NCBI GenBank assembly: GCA_963666735.1
Contig: OY762926.1
Coordinates: 1,408,001-1,472,000, forward strand
Length of the DNA: 64,000 nt
Direction: 5' to 3'
Source of the DNA: Gemmatimonadota bacterium
Lineage (GTDB): Bacteria > Gemmatimonadota > Gemmatimonadetes > Palauibacterales > Palauibacteraceae
Part shown: positions 38,911-50,036 of the stretch, in pieces
Position numbering within the stretch: the first letter of the stretch is position 1
Layout of the letters: every line of letters starts with the position of its first letter
Program-made: the position numbers and the translations under genes
Notes under the pieces: generated by a model
What the model saw: only the letters and a program-made list of their open reading frames with translations
What the model was told of the DNA's origin: nothing
The model's database searches: none

Positions 38911-39731
38911 GAAGTGGGCCGCCGGAAAATGGAATCCGACAGCACGGGGTTCAGTTCGACGTCATCATGGCGGAGTTCGCGGGTCGGGTTCATCTCCGTG
39001 TCCCGGTAGAGCCGCGAGATGACATACGTAAAATCTCCGACCTGCTCGTACCCGTCCCAGTACATGCGCGCCCGGCTCTCCTCGCCCCTCCCCTGCGAGA
39101 TGTAGTGGACCTGCTCGGGATAGGGATCGTCGTCGAGGAAGTAGTAGAAGTAGCGGTCGCCGGACTGGAGACCGACGCCGTCGCCGAAGGTGATGCGCAC
39201 CTCGTATCCCCCGTCTTCGCGGGAACCGGCCCGCCGATTCACGCCGGGGTCGAAGAGCTTGTACGGGAGCCCGAACCAGTAGACCACGTCCCGCCCCACG
39301 TACTCGGACTCGTCCCAGGCGCGGATTCCCGGTTCGAGAAGGCGCTCGTTGAGCGTGGCCCACATGTCGGAGCCCGTGAATGTCTGGACGTAGAGGCCCT
39401 CGGCCTCGGGGCGTTCGATTCGTGTCTGCTCGACGCCGTCCACCTTCCGGTACTCCACTCGGCGGGGGCGCATGCGGCGGATTCCGCCGGTCGAGTCGTA
39501 CCACACGGTGGTGATCGTGTAGCGGGCCGACTCGATGTCGCGCCAAGCCTCCATGCCGCCCGCGGCCTCGACCCAGGCGCCGATGAGCGAATCGGCGAGG
39601 AGCTGACCGGGCTCCGGATCGGCGGTCGAGGTTGCGGGAGACGAACCCTCGCCCGCACAGCCCGCGGCTGCGGCCAGGGCAAGGGCCAGGGCGGGGCCGA
39701 GGCGTCGCGGGAGTTGGGCGCGGTGGTTCAT
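38907..39731 (-). CDS. Hypothetical lipoprotein (DUF6503-like)
   Basis: Lipobox AAGC, SD GGAGGT, AAGGMEAW, YWFGLPYKLFDPGV motif. Confidence 0.6.
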   Translation of the reverse strand: MNHRAQLPRRLGPALALALAAAAGCAGEGSSPATSTADPEPGQLLADSLIGAWVEAAGGMEAWRDIESARYTITTVWYDSTGGIRRMRPRRVEYRKVDGVEQTRIERPEAEGLYVQTFTGSDMWATLNERLLEPGIRAWDESEYVGRDVVYWFGLPYKLFDPGVNRRAGSREDGGYEVRITFGDGVGLQSGDRYFYYFLDDDPYPEQVHYISQGRGEESRARMYWDGYEQVGDFTYVISRLYRDTEMNPTRELRHDDVELNPVLSDSIFRRPTS

Positions 39732-39807
39732 GGAGACCTCCGGTGTCGGCTGCGAGTCGATCCTGTCGTCGCGCGGGGGCGGAATATGCACGTTGGGGGC
39801 AGGCCCG

Positions 39808-40254
39808 TCACGGCGCGTCCGGTGCGGAGCCGACCCCCTTCAACTGCACGACGATGACCTCGACGGGTTCGGGCCCCCGGTTCACATCTCCGTGGAGTTC
39901 GCCCGGAGGATCGGCGTCGAGCCAATAGGCCCGGCCCGTCTCCCACGTCATGTCGCGCCGTTCCCCGGCGTCGCTGACGACGGTCAGCGTCCCCCCCTTG
40001 AGCGCGATGATGGCGCGGGGGTTGTCGTGGCGGTGCATCTCAAGCGGCTGGTCCGGCGCGATCACGCTCTTCCATACCTGCACGTGCTCGTTCTCGAACT
40101 GGGGCGTGCGCCCGGTGGTCGCGGCCTCGGCGCCCGGTTTCGCGGGTTCGCCGGCCTGGCCGCACCCCGAGACCAGCACGGCGGCAGCGAGGACGAAGAC
40201 GGCGGCGGGAACGAAGCCGCGGACGGCGGCTGGGAAGTGGCTCGCGTGCATCAC
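39808..40254 (-). CDS. Cupin-domain lipoprotein
   Basis: Lipobox VSGC; FENEHVQVW…MHRHDNPR…LHGDVN…VIVVQLK cupin pattern. Confidence 0.75.
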   Translation of the reverse strand: MMHASHFPAAVRGFVPAAVFVLAAAVLVSGCGQAGEPAKPGAEAATTGRTPQFENEHVQVWKSVIAPDQPLEMHRHDNPRAIIALKGGTLTVVSDAGERRDMTWETGRAYWLDADPPGELHGDVNRGPEPVEVIVVQLKGVGSAPDAP

Positions 40255-42065
40255 GGGTCTGCTCCTTGCGTGGCGACGATTTCGATTTCGGCACTGGACT
40301 CGGCCGTGCCGTGCGAGGGCGAAACGACTTGCAGCGTAAGGCGATACCGCCCCTCGTCGAGCATGGGGAGGCGGAGTTCGACGGCACGGCCCTCGGCAGC
40401 GGAATTCGTCGTCACATCGAGCCAGCGGATGCCCGCCTGTTCCGTGTCGCCGCGGGCAAGCCCGCTCCATTCGAGTGCCCGGCGCCAGAACCCCTTCCCC
40501 TCCCGCGCCAGCGACAGCGTCACCTGGAGAGCGGCGGCGGGAGCGGGGTCGGGTGCGGCGGATCCGTACCACTCCCAGTAGACGGCCAGGGTCTCGCCCG
40601 CTCGCGCGGTGCGGTGGCCTCGTGCACGGGCGAGCGCCTCCGCGAGCGTGGAGGGCGGCATAGAGGGCGAAGCGTCGCCGGCATCGAGCAACAGGATGTC
40701 GGACAGCAGGGGATGGCCGGCAGTGAGGGGCATCCTTGCGCGTGCGGCACCGGGTCCCTCGTCGCAGCGGGCCTCGACGCCGACGAGCGTGGCGGGCGCG
40801 AGCCCACGCGGCTCCGCGACCGCCAGCGGTCCATCGCCGCGGCCGGTGCGGGTCGCCGTCACGCCGTGGGCGTCGGCGAGGAAGAGTCCGCTCTCCAGGT
40901 CGCAGGACGGCAGGGAGTCGGGCCACGTGAACGCCGCGACCACCCGCCGGCGCCCGTCTCGTCGAAAGCCGGCCACCTGGTGAGGGAGGTGCGCGATTTC
41001 GCCGAAGGCCGGCGCCCAGCTTGTGCGGCCCTCCGGCTCGTCCAGGTCCCAGAGCGGCTCGTCGTCCGCAGGCCCGAGGCGCGACACGGTGAACCGTTGT
41101 GCCCCGGGAAGGCGGTGGGACCACACGATCTCCTCGGTGCGCGAGCCCACGAACCGGCGGCGCGCCCGCTCCCATCCCGCGGGCCAGCCGAAGCGCAGGG
41201 TGATCTCGGTGAGATCGTCGCCCCACCGCATCCCCCAGGGGCTCGCGGAATCGGCCTGGAGCGCGGCGCGGACGCGCCGGGCGAGGTGTTCCGAGCGCCG
41301 CTCCAGTCCCGGCACGAGCCACAACGGGTCGGAGAGGTGCCAGAACGAGCGCTCCACGGCGCGCCGGGGCGAGCTTCCGCAGGCGAAGCGTTCGTAGCGG
41401 CCACGCGTCCGGCGGTCGAGTACCGGCCCGAGTTCGGTCCAGCCGCAGCGCTCTTCCTCGGTCATCCGGCCGAGCGCGCCCTCGAAGACCGCCTCCGCCT
41501 CCGCATAGCGGCCGTTCTCCTGGAGGACGAACCCGGCCAACCCGGCGCACCACGCACTCTCCACGCGGCAGGCTTCGAGCAGCGCGAGCGCCTCTTCCGC
41601 GCGTCCGGCCTCCAGCCGGTAGGCAACGCGCTGCCCGGTCAGCCACTCGTCGCCGGGAATGATGCGGGCGACGCTGTCGAGGATCGCGAGCAGCGCGCGC
41701 CGCTCGTCCACGACCTCCTGCTCCTCGGGGACCGGGTCCCAATCGTCGTCGTCCCAACCCTCCACGAGGCAGAAGCGCCCGATCCCCTCGCCGCATTCGG
41801 GGTTGACCAGCGGGCCGCGCGGGAAGTTGCGGCGCCGGACGTGCTCGAATGCGCGCTGCGCGTCGCGCGCCATTCGCATCGCCGCCTCGGCATCGGGAGA
41901 TGCGGGCGATTCGCGAGCTTGAGCCGCGTCCGCTCGGATCGCGACCGACGCGGAGGGTGCGGGGGCCGGCGTGACGGGCACCGGCGCCGAGAGCGCGATG
42001 GCCGCGAGCGTCGGGGCAAGCGCCGCGCGGGAAATCCGGATCCCGATGTTTCGCCCCGAACCCAC
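40251..42065 (-). CDS. Secreted protein with TPR-like helices and divergent GWxTD-like domain
   Basis: Signal peptide; FWHLSDPLW…ERRSEHLARRVRA…WGDDLTEITLRFGWP; C-terminal Ig-like strands. Confidence 0.55.
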   Translation of the reverse strand: MGSGRNIGIRISRAALAPTLAAIALSAPVPVTPAPAPSASVAIRADAAQARESPASPDAEAAMRMARDAQRAFEHVRRRNFPRGPLVNPECGEGIGRFCLVEGWDDDDWDPVPEEQEVVDERRALLAILDSVARIIPGDEWLTGQRVAYRLEAGRAEEALALLEACRVESAWCAGLAGFVLQENGRYAEAEAVFEGALGRMTEEERCGWTELGPVLDRRTRGRYERFACGSSPRRAVERSFWHLSDPLWLVPGLERRSEHLARRVRAALQADSASPWGMRWGDDLTEITLRFGWPAGWERARRRFVGSRTEEIVWSHRLPGAQRFTVSRLGPADDEPLWDLDEPEGRTSWAPAFGEIAHLPHQVAGFRRDGRRRVVAAFTWPDSLPSCDLESGLFLADAHGVTATRTGRGDGPLAVAEPRGLAPATLVGVEARCDEGPGAARARMPLTAGHPLLSDILLLDAGDASPSMPPSTLAEALARARGHRTARAGETLAVYWEWYGSAAPDPAPAAALQVTLSLAREGKGFWRRALEWSGLARGDTEQAGIRWLDVTTNSAAEGRAVELRLPMLDEGRYRLTLQVVSPSHGTAESSAEIEIVATQGADP

Positions 42066-42066
42066 C

Positions 42067-43092
42067 TCAGTACACGTCCAGGTCCCGGCCGTAGGCGAGC
42101 GGTCCGTCGTAGCCGGCGGCGCGAATCTCCGCGACCATTTCCTCCGGCGTGGCTCCCCAGCCCAGCTGGTGATGCAGGACGAGGATCCCCGGGCGCGCCC
42201 GGCCGGCGAGTTCCGCCAGTTCGACGGTCGACGTGTGGGCCTGGGCGTGATAGGACTGCCATTCCGGCGGACGGTCGCGGAACGTCGTGGCGGAGTACAC
42301 CTCGTGCACGAGCACGTCGCATCCCGCGCACATCTCGACGATCGCCTCGGCCGGAGCGGTGTCGCCGGAGATGACGACCGAGCGCCCGCCTCCGTCGAAC
42401 CGATAGCCGTACGCCTCGGGCCAGCCCGTATGCGGCACGGCGAAGGCGGTCACGCGGACGCGCTCGTCCTCGTAGATGACCCCCGGATCGATGTCGACCG
42501 CCTCCACGCGCCACCCGTCCGGCGTCGCCGGCTGCTGGCCGCTGAGCCGGTTCTCGAGGTCCGCCGCCCATGCCGCCGTCAGGTGCGTGGCCATCGCCAC
42601 CGTCCCGTCGGGGCCGAACAGCTTCAGCGGCGCCTCCCGCTCGGCCACCCAGGGCGTGTGGATCAGGTCCGGCAGGCCGACCGTGTGATCGCTGTGCAGA
42701 TGAGTGAGAAAGGCGATGTCCAGCCGCGCCGCCGCGAGGCCCTCCGCTCCGTAGCGGTCGGCCGCCTCCGCAGCGCGCCGCACGAGGCCGGGGCCCGCGT
42801 CGACGATGTAAGCCCGTCCGTCCACGAGTACAGCGGTGGCCGGGCCCGAGGCCTCCGGTTCGGGATTGGGCGTCCCCGTGCCCAGCAGGACCACGTGCAT
42901 ACCGGTCGAGAGATCGGCGCCCTCCACGGCGGCACCCTCGGCGGACGGCGGCGTCTCGGCGTCGCCGGGGGCCCCGGCCGCGCCGGATGAAGCCTCTCCG
43001 GGGCCACACGCCGACAACGCCAGCGCGTGCCAGACGAGGAGCGGGCCGGGGGCGATGGCCGAGCGCGGGCGGCTTCGCTTCGTGGGGGACAT
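42067..43092 (-). CDS. MBL-fold metallo-hydrolase lipoprotein (RNase Z/arylsulfatase-like)
   Basis: Lipobox LSAC, LLGTGTP, THLHSDH, ISGDT, LVHE. Confidence 0.88.
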   Translation of the reverse strand: MSPTKRSRPRSAIAPGPLLVWHALALSACGPGEASSGAAGAPGDAETPPSAEGAAVEGADLSTGMHVVLLGTGTPNPEPEASGPATAVLVDGRAYIVDAGPGLVRRAAEAADRYGAEGLAAARLDIAFLTHLHSDHTVGLPDLIHTPWVAEREAPLKLFGPDGTVAMATHLTAAWAADLENRLSGQQPATPDGWRVEAVDIDPGVIYEDERVRVTAFAVPHTGWPEAYGYRFDGGGRSVVISGDTAPAEAIVEMCAGCDVLVHEVYSATTFRDRPPEWQSYHAQAHTSTVELAELAGRARPGILVLHHQLGWGATPEEMVAEIRAAGYDGPLAYGRDLDVY

Positions 43093-43175
43093 GCGGCAAG
43101 ATCGTTCGATCGAGCCCGCAGCTCAACCGTTGCGCCAGCCTTGACCGGGTCCCGCACAGCCGGCCTTTTGCGGCG

Positions 43176-43441
43176 ATGGACGAACCACGCCGCGCCACGC
43201 CCCCCGGCCGCAACCTCGTCGCCGTCGCCGTCGCGGCCTTCTACGTGCTGCTCTTCGCGGCCCTCGTGTGGCCCATCTATCCGTGGTTCGCCACCATCGA
43301 GCCCCGCGTGCTCGCGATGCCGTTCTCGCTCTTCTACGTCGTCGTCTGCCTCCTCCTCTCCTTCTTCGTCCTGTTCGGGTACTACCTGTGGGAGCGGAAG
43401 CGGGAGACCGTCAACGGCGATCCGAACGGCGCGAGCCGCTG

Positions 43442-43442
<1 letters not shown>
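43176..43442 (+). CDS. Small 2-TM accessory subunit of SSS transporter (DUF3311-like)
   Basis: Two hydrophobic helices, EPRVLAMPF; stop overlaps the SSS start. Confidence 0.7.
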
Positions 43443-44932
<1,490 letters not shown>

Positions 44933-44933
44933 G

Positions 44934-46010
44934 CTAACGCGTCCAGATCAGGACGAGGCCGCACCGTCCGACCCCGAATCGCATCGTGCCGGCCGGGAGT
45001 GACGTGGAGGCCCGGTACACCTCGACGCCGGCGACTTCGCTCGGTAGTACGACCGAGTCCAGCGTGAAGTTATTCCCGGTGCCGTCGTCGAGATTGGCCA
45101 TGTTGATGTTGTCGAGATACACCTGAACGCATTCACCGAAGGTTCCGGGCGTCCGGCCCCCGCGCACGAGCCGCGGACGGAGCATCGTGTGTTGCTCGAG
45201 CAGTTGGCTCATGCGCATCGGACGCCAGCGCTCCAGGTACTCCGGCGTGAGGAACTCGCCGACGCCCTGCATCTCGCCCCAGTACTGCCGCTCGTAGAAG
45301 CCCTTGCTCTCCAGCGTGGGCGATCGGACCGTCGTCGCGATGAGAGGCTCCATTTCAACGGGATCGGGAACGAGGCCGATGTCCACCTGCGTCGTGAGTC
45401 CCGGCTTGACGGTGACGACGTAGTCGAGGGGTTCGTACCCCATGCGACGGACCTCGAATCCCTTTGCCCCCGCAGGGATGCCCGTGAGGATGTACCGTCC
45501 CCAGCGGTCGGTTTCGACGGCGCCCCGGCGACCGGCCACGGTCACGGCGGCGGTGGTGACCGGGTCTTGCGTTACGGCATCGAACACGCGGCCTTCGAGG
45601 CGCCCGGGGTTGTCTTCCGCCAGGATCCGGAGTTCGACCGTACTCGTCTCGCCGGGGACCAGCTCGACGGACGCCTGCTCGCTCGACCCGTCCCGGGCCT
45701 CCGCCCACACCGTCGCCCTCATCGCGTCCCGCGGGGCACAGAAGGTGAGGCGACCCTCGGCGCCCGTGCCCCCGCGCACGGGATTACGGACGACGTCGAC
45801 CCAACGAACCCGCACGTCGGCCCCGCTCACCCGCACCATTCCGGTCGCGTCCAGCACTTCGACGCGGAGCCCGGCGCGATCCTCGCAGGTGTGCGCCTCC
45901 TGGCCCGCCAGCGCTCCCGCCCCCGACAGGCCGTGAAGCGCCACGGACGCCGCTGAAGCGACGAGAGCCCGCATGCTCCAAGCCGCGCCCGCAAGCGTCC
46001 GCCGTTTCAT
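44934..46010 (-). CDS. Secreted carboxypeptidase-regulatory-like domain protein with C-terminal TonB plug-like domain
   Basis: SD AGGAGGAGG; GRVFDAVT…TDRWGRY…RRMGYEP; EVAGVEVYR…CGLVLIWTR; no beta-barrel. Confidence 0.7.
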   Translation of the reverse strand: MKRRTLAGAAWSMRALVASAASVALHGLSGAGALAGQEAHTCEDRAGLRVEVLDATGMVRVSGADVRVRWVDVVRNPVRGGTGAEGRLTFCAPRDAMRATVWAEARDGSSEQASVELVPGETSTVELRILAEDNPGRLEGRVFDAVTQDPVTTAAVTVAGRRGAVETDRWGRYILTGIPAGAKGFEVRRMGYEPLDYVVTVKPGLTTQVDIGLVPDPVEMEPLIATTVRSPTLESKGFYERQYWGEMQGVGEFLTPEYLERWRPMRMSQLLEQHTMLRPRLVRGGRTPGTFGECVQVYLDNINMANLDDGTGNNFTLDSVVLPSEVAGVEVYRASTSLPAGTMRFGVGRCGLVLIWTR

Positions 46011-46109
46011 TCCAAACCTCCTCCTGGGTGCCCTGCCTGTTCCCGGATGCCACACGCCCTCGGCGGACCGCGGGTCACAGATCATCGACATCCGGTCCTT
46101 CGCGGCGCG

Positions 46110-47327
46110 TCAGCTCGCACGGGCGTAGCGGGCCGGCCAGCGGGAGGCGAGGGCGGCGTTCCCGCGGATCCCGGCCGCCAGTTCCTCGATGACGATGTGC
46201 TCGTTGACGGTGTGGGCCAGCCGGTCGTCGCCGGGGCCGAAGCCGACCACGGTCATGCCCGCGAGCCCGAAGTGTCCGCCGTCGGTTGCGAAGTCCCAGA
46301 TGTCGACGGGCGGCTCGCCCCCGAGCGGGCCGGCCAGGACCTCTACCGCCGTCCGCACCGCGTCGTGGTCGGCAGGCAAGGAGAGGGCCGGGTTGTCGGC
46401 CGGGTAGGTCATCTCGTACCCCGCGTAGCTCGAGCGCTCGTGCTGCGGGATGAGGATGTCGCCCCTCGATCCCTCGATCTCGCACGCGCGCAGCACGGGG
46501 AGGAGCTGCTCCCGCAGCGACGCCGCATCCTGCCCGGTCACGGTCCGGCAGTCGAGCGTGACTTCGGCCAGACCGGGGATGACGTTTCCGCTCGTCTGGT
46601 CCGTCCCGATCAGGGTCGGGGCGATGGAGCAGGTGCCGAGATCAGGATCGTGCGCGAGGTCGACGTCTTCCAGCGCCGCGAGGAACCGGCCGAGCACGGT
46701 GAGCGGGTTGCGGCCGATGTCGGTCATCGACGCGTGGGCCATCCTGCCCCGCACCTGGACGCGGAGTTCGATCCGGCCCCGGTGTCCGCGACGGACCTCG
46801 TTCCGGCTGGGCTCGCCGATCAGGACCAGATCGGGCCGCAGCGTTTCCGCCATGTAGCGGGCGCCGAGTCCCCCGACTTCCTCCTGTACCGTTCCCGTCA
46901 CGTAGACATCGCCGGGGGGCCGCCGGCCGGCGGCGACGAGGCGGGCGATGCCGTGCACTTGCGCCGCGAGCGGTCCCTTGATGTCGATCGCGCCCCGCCC
47001 CCAAAGCAAGCCGTCGTGTATCTCGCCGCCATAGGGGTCATGGGGCCAGTCGGCCGGATCCCCGGCGTCCACATGGTCGAGATGGGTGTTGAACATCACC
47101 GAGGGAGCGTCGCCGGTGCCCCGGATGAGGCCGATGACGTTGCCCGCGGCGTCATGCTCGACCTGGTCGTAGCCGAGCGCTCGCATCTCGGCAGCGACGA
47201 GCCTGGCGAGTTCGCCTTCTTCGCCGGGCATCGACTGCGTGCGGATGAGGCGCTGCAGGAAGCGGACGCAGGCATCGAGTCCTTCGCCGGACAACTCCGG
47301 GACGGCGTGGTCGCTTGACATCATCAT
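46110..47327 (-). CDS. M20/M25/M40 family metallo-hydrolase (ArgE/YgeY-like)
   Basis: THLDHV, GRGAIDIKG, QEE, GEP, AHTVNE. Confidence 0.9.
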   Translation of the reverse strand: MMMSSDHAVPELSGEGLDACVRFLQRLIRTQSMPGEEGELARLVAAEMRALGYDQVEHDAAGNVIGLIRGTGDAPSVMFNTHLDHVDAGDPADWPHDPYGGEIHDGLLWGRGAIDIKGPLAAQVHGIARLVAAGRRPPGDVYVTGTVQEEVGGLGARYMAETLRPDLVLIGEPSRNEVRRGHRGRIELRVQVRGRMAHASMTDIGRNPLTVLGRFLAALEDVDLAHDPDLGTCSIAPTLIGTDQTSGNVIPGLAEVTLDCRTVTGQDAASLREQLLPVLRACEIEGSRGDILIPQHERSSYAGYEMTYPADNPALSLPADHDAVRTAVEVLAGPLGGEPPVDIWDFATDGGHFGLAGMTVVGFGPGDDRLAHTVNEHIVIEELAAGIRGNAALASRWPARYARAS

Positions 47328-47386
47328 GATCGGCTCTCGGGGGTTCGGGGGTTGGTCGGCGCCAGCCGCGACCGCGGGAATCTAGC

Positions 47387-47414
47387 TGGGAACGTTCCCG
47401 CGGGAACGTCTCGC
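47387..47414. promoter_or_regulatory. LacI-type palindromic operator candidate
   Basis: TGGGAACGTTCCCG followed by the imperfect copy CGGGAACGTCTCGC, about 60 nt upstream of the M20 gene. Confidence 0.45.
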
Positions 47415-47434
47415 CATTCGCTTCAGTGTTCGGC

Positions 47435-48874
47435 TCAGGGGTCGGCCACGACCGGCGGGAGACCGATGGGCCGCGCCTCCTGGATGGCCGACGCCACCGC
47501 GAGCGTACGCCATTCCCCGCGCGGAGGCCCGACGACCTGCAGCCCGACCGGGAGGCCCGCCGCGTCCAGACCCGCCGGGACGCAGACGACGGGCAGACCG
47601 GGCATCGAGAGCAGGAAGGTCGGGGCGATCCAGTCGACGTACGTCTTCATCGGCCGCCCCCCGACGGTCTCCGGATAGTTCTGCTCCACGGGGAAGGGCG
47701 GGATCGCCATGCACGGCGTGAGGAGCGCGTCGTATCGATCGAGGAGAGCGAGAAGCTCTTCCCTCACGCGGCGGCGCACGTTCTCGGCCGCCCCGATCTC
47801 GGCCGGGGTCAGGGCCAGTCCCGAGCGGAGGTTGGCCGACACGTTGGGTCCGAAGGCGTCGATCCGGTGGAGTTCGGCCTCGAAGTGGGACACGAACCAG
47901 TGGCCGCGAAGGACGAGAAAGGCGTCCCAAGCCCAGGAGAGGTCGAGATCCACCTCGTCCACCCGTGCGCCTCCGGCCCGAATCGAGGCCAGCGCCTCGC
48001 GGCATGCCGCCTCCACGCCGCCGTCGATTCCGATCCGTGCGATGTCGCCGCAATACGCCCAGCGGCCTCGGGCGAGATCCGTGGCGCCGGGTTCCGGCCA
48101 GTGCGGCTCGGGGGCGCAGACGGGCGAGGCCGGATCGGGTCCCGAGATCGCGCGGAGCCCGTACGCGACGTCCTCCGGATCCCGTGCCATGAGGCCGGCC
48201 GACTGCAGGTCGTCCCACAGGTAGGCGGCCGGGACCGTCGGGACGAGCCCCGGCGTGGGGCGCAGCCCCGCGATGCCGCAGAAGGAGGCGGGGATCCGTA
48301 ACGAGCCGCCGAGATCGGTGCCCTGCGCGAGCGAGATCATCCCCGTTGCGAGCGCGACCGCGCCGCCCCCGGTGGACCCCCCCGCGCTGACGGCCGGGTT
48401 CCACGGGTTCCGGGTCACGCCGAACACCTCGTTCCATGTGTTGCCGCCCGCCGCGAACTCCGGCGTGTTCGTCTTCCCGAGGATCACCGCGCCGGCCTCG
48501 CGCAGGCGGCGCACGACGAGCGCATCCTCCGCGGGCACGTGGTCCGCGAACAGCGGTGAACCGTACGTCGTGCGGAGGTCCGCCGTCTCGGTCACGTCCT
48601 TGATGCCGACGACGAGCCCGGCGAGCGGTCCCGGATCCCCGCCGGCACCGAGGGTGACGTCGACCGCGGCCGCCTCCGCCTCCGCCCCGGGGTTGAGGGT
48701 GACGACCGCGTTGAGCGCTCCATTATGCCGTTCGACGCGGGCCAGGCAGGCGCCGAGCAGGTCGGCGGCGGTCAGCTCCCCGGCGCGGATGCGGCGGGCC
48801 TGCTCCCGCGCCGGGAGCAGCGCCGGATCGCCGCGTTCCGTCACGTCGAGCCCACCCACCCGGCGTCCAGCCAA
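47435..48874 (-). CDS. Amidase signature family protein
   Basis: IKD, GKTNTPEF, GGSTGG, GTDLGGSLRIPA. Start may be GTG 48844. Confidence 0.93.
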   Translation of the reverse strand: MAGRRVGGLDVTERGDPALLPAREQARRIRAGELTAADLLGACLARVERHNGALNAVVTLNPGAEAEAAAVDVTLGAGGDPGPLAGLVVGIKDVTETADLRTTYGSPLFADHVPAEDALVVRRLREAGAVILGKTNTPEFAAGGNTWNEVFGVTRNPWNPAVSAGGSTGGGAVALATGMISLAQGTDLGGSLRIPASFCGIAGLRPTPGLVPTVPAAYLWDDLQSAGLMARDPEDVAYGLRAISGPDPASPVCAPEPHWPEPGATDLARGRWAYCGDIARIGIDGGVEAACREALASIRAGGARVDEVDLDLSWAWDAFLVLRGHWFVSHFEAELHRIDAFGPNVSANLRSGLALTPAEIGAAENVRRRVREELLALLDRYDALLTPCMAIPPFPVEQNYPETVGGRPMKTYVDWIAPTFLLSMPGLPVVCVPAGLDAAGLPVGLQVVGPPRGEWRTLAVASAIQEARPIGLPPVVADP

Positions 48875-48875
48875 G

Positions 48876-50036
48876 CTATGGCAGGAACATCTGGGCGATC
48901 GCCTCCCCGTAGCGGGCGGAATCGAAGGGGAGCGCGTTCGTCTGCAGCGCGACCACCACGCCGTAGTCGTCGAAGTTCGCGAGGAAGGACCGTGTCCCCT
49001 TCACCGTCCCCGTGTGGCTCGGATAGCGACGTCCCTGCGGATCCGTGCGAATGAACCACGCCAGCGCCTGCTCGTGCGCGATGGGTTCGCCGAGTCCGTC
49101 CGGTGACGAGGGGTCGATCTGCCGGATCCCGGGCTCGAGTTGCGGGCGGTGCATCTCGGCCACCGTTTCCGGCGCGAGCAGCCGCCCGTCGTTGATCGCG
49201 ATCGCGAAGCGGACGAGATCCTCCACGTTCGAGATGATGCCGCCGCCCGCGTACTTGTAGCTCGGATCCTCCGGCGGGGCGTTGATGAAGCGGCCGGATT
49301 CGCCCCGGATGTAGCCGCGCCCGCGGTTCTGCACGACCCGCGACGGGACATCGAACTGGGTGGCGAACATCCCCGCCGGCTCCCACACGAAGCGTTTGAG
49401 GTATTCCTCGTAGTCCATCCCGGACGCCGCCTCGACGATTCCGTGCTGGAGGTTGTGGGCGTGCGAGGAGTACATCCACCCGGAGCCCGTGTCGTAGACG
49501 AGGGGGTCGTCGCGCCACAGCTCCGTCGCCTCCTCGAAGGTGTCGTAGTGCCGCAGGCTGAGCAGGTCGTGGGGACCGAATTCTACGCCGTCGTAGTGCC
49601 GGATCCCGGAAGTGTGCGTGAGGATGTGGCGCACCGTGACCGGGAACGCCCGCTCCGGATACCAGGGCATGTACGTCTGGAGCGTCGCGTCGAGATCCAC
49701 CTTCCCCTGCTCGACGAGCTGCATGAGACCCACCACGGCAAGCACCTTCGACACGGATCCCACGTTGTGGACCGTCCGGCCGATGGCCGGGGTGCGATGG
49801 TCCAGTTCGGCGACGCCCACGCCCTCCGAGAAGACGATCTGCCCGTCCACCGCCACCGCGACGGACAGCCCGGGAAGGTCGTTGTCGTGGCGGATCTGCT
49901 CCATGTAGTCGAGCAGCCCGTCCCACGAGAAGCTCTGGGCCGCGAGCGGGGCCGCAGCCTGCGACAGGAAACCGAACGACAGAAGGAGCGACAGCAGCGG
50001 CAGTGCGTTCGTCCGCGCGCGGCTATGGGCCGTCAT
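48876..50036 (-). CDS. Exported serine hydrolase (beta-lactamase class C/AmpC-like family)
   Basis: Signal peptide, SVSK, LTHTSG, YSS, HTG. Confidence 0.9.
   Translation of the reverse strand: MTAHSRARTNALPLLSLLLSFGFLSQAAAPLAAQSFSWDGLLDYMEQIRHDNDLPGLSVAVAVDGQIVFSEGVGVAELDHRTPAIGRTVHNVGSVSKVLAVVGLMQLVEQGKVDLDATLQTYMPWYPERAFPVTVRHILTHTSGIRHYDGVEFGPHDLLSLRHYDTFEEATELWRDDPLVYDTGSGWMYSSHAHNLQHGIVEAASGMDYEEYLKRFVWEPAGMFATQFDVPSRVVQNRGRGYIRGESGRFINAPPEDPSYKYAGGGIISNVEDLVRFAIAINDGRLLAPETVAEMHRPQLEPGIRQIDPSSPDGLGEPIAHEQALAWFIRTDPQGRRYPSHTGTVKGTRSFLANFDDYGVVVALQTNALPFDSARYGEAIAQMFLP

Noticed and set aside
48876..50036. Antibiotic-resistance beta-lactamase controlled by the BlaI/M56 pair
   Set aside because: It has only generic serine hydrolase motifs, lies 10 kb away, has no BlaI palindrome upstream, and the M56 protein lacks a penicillin-binding sensor.
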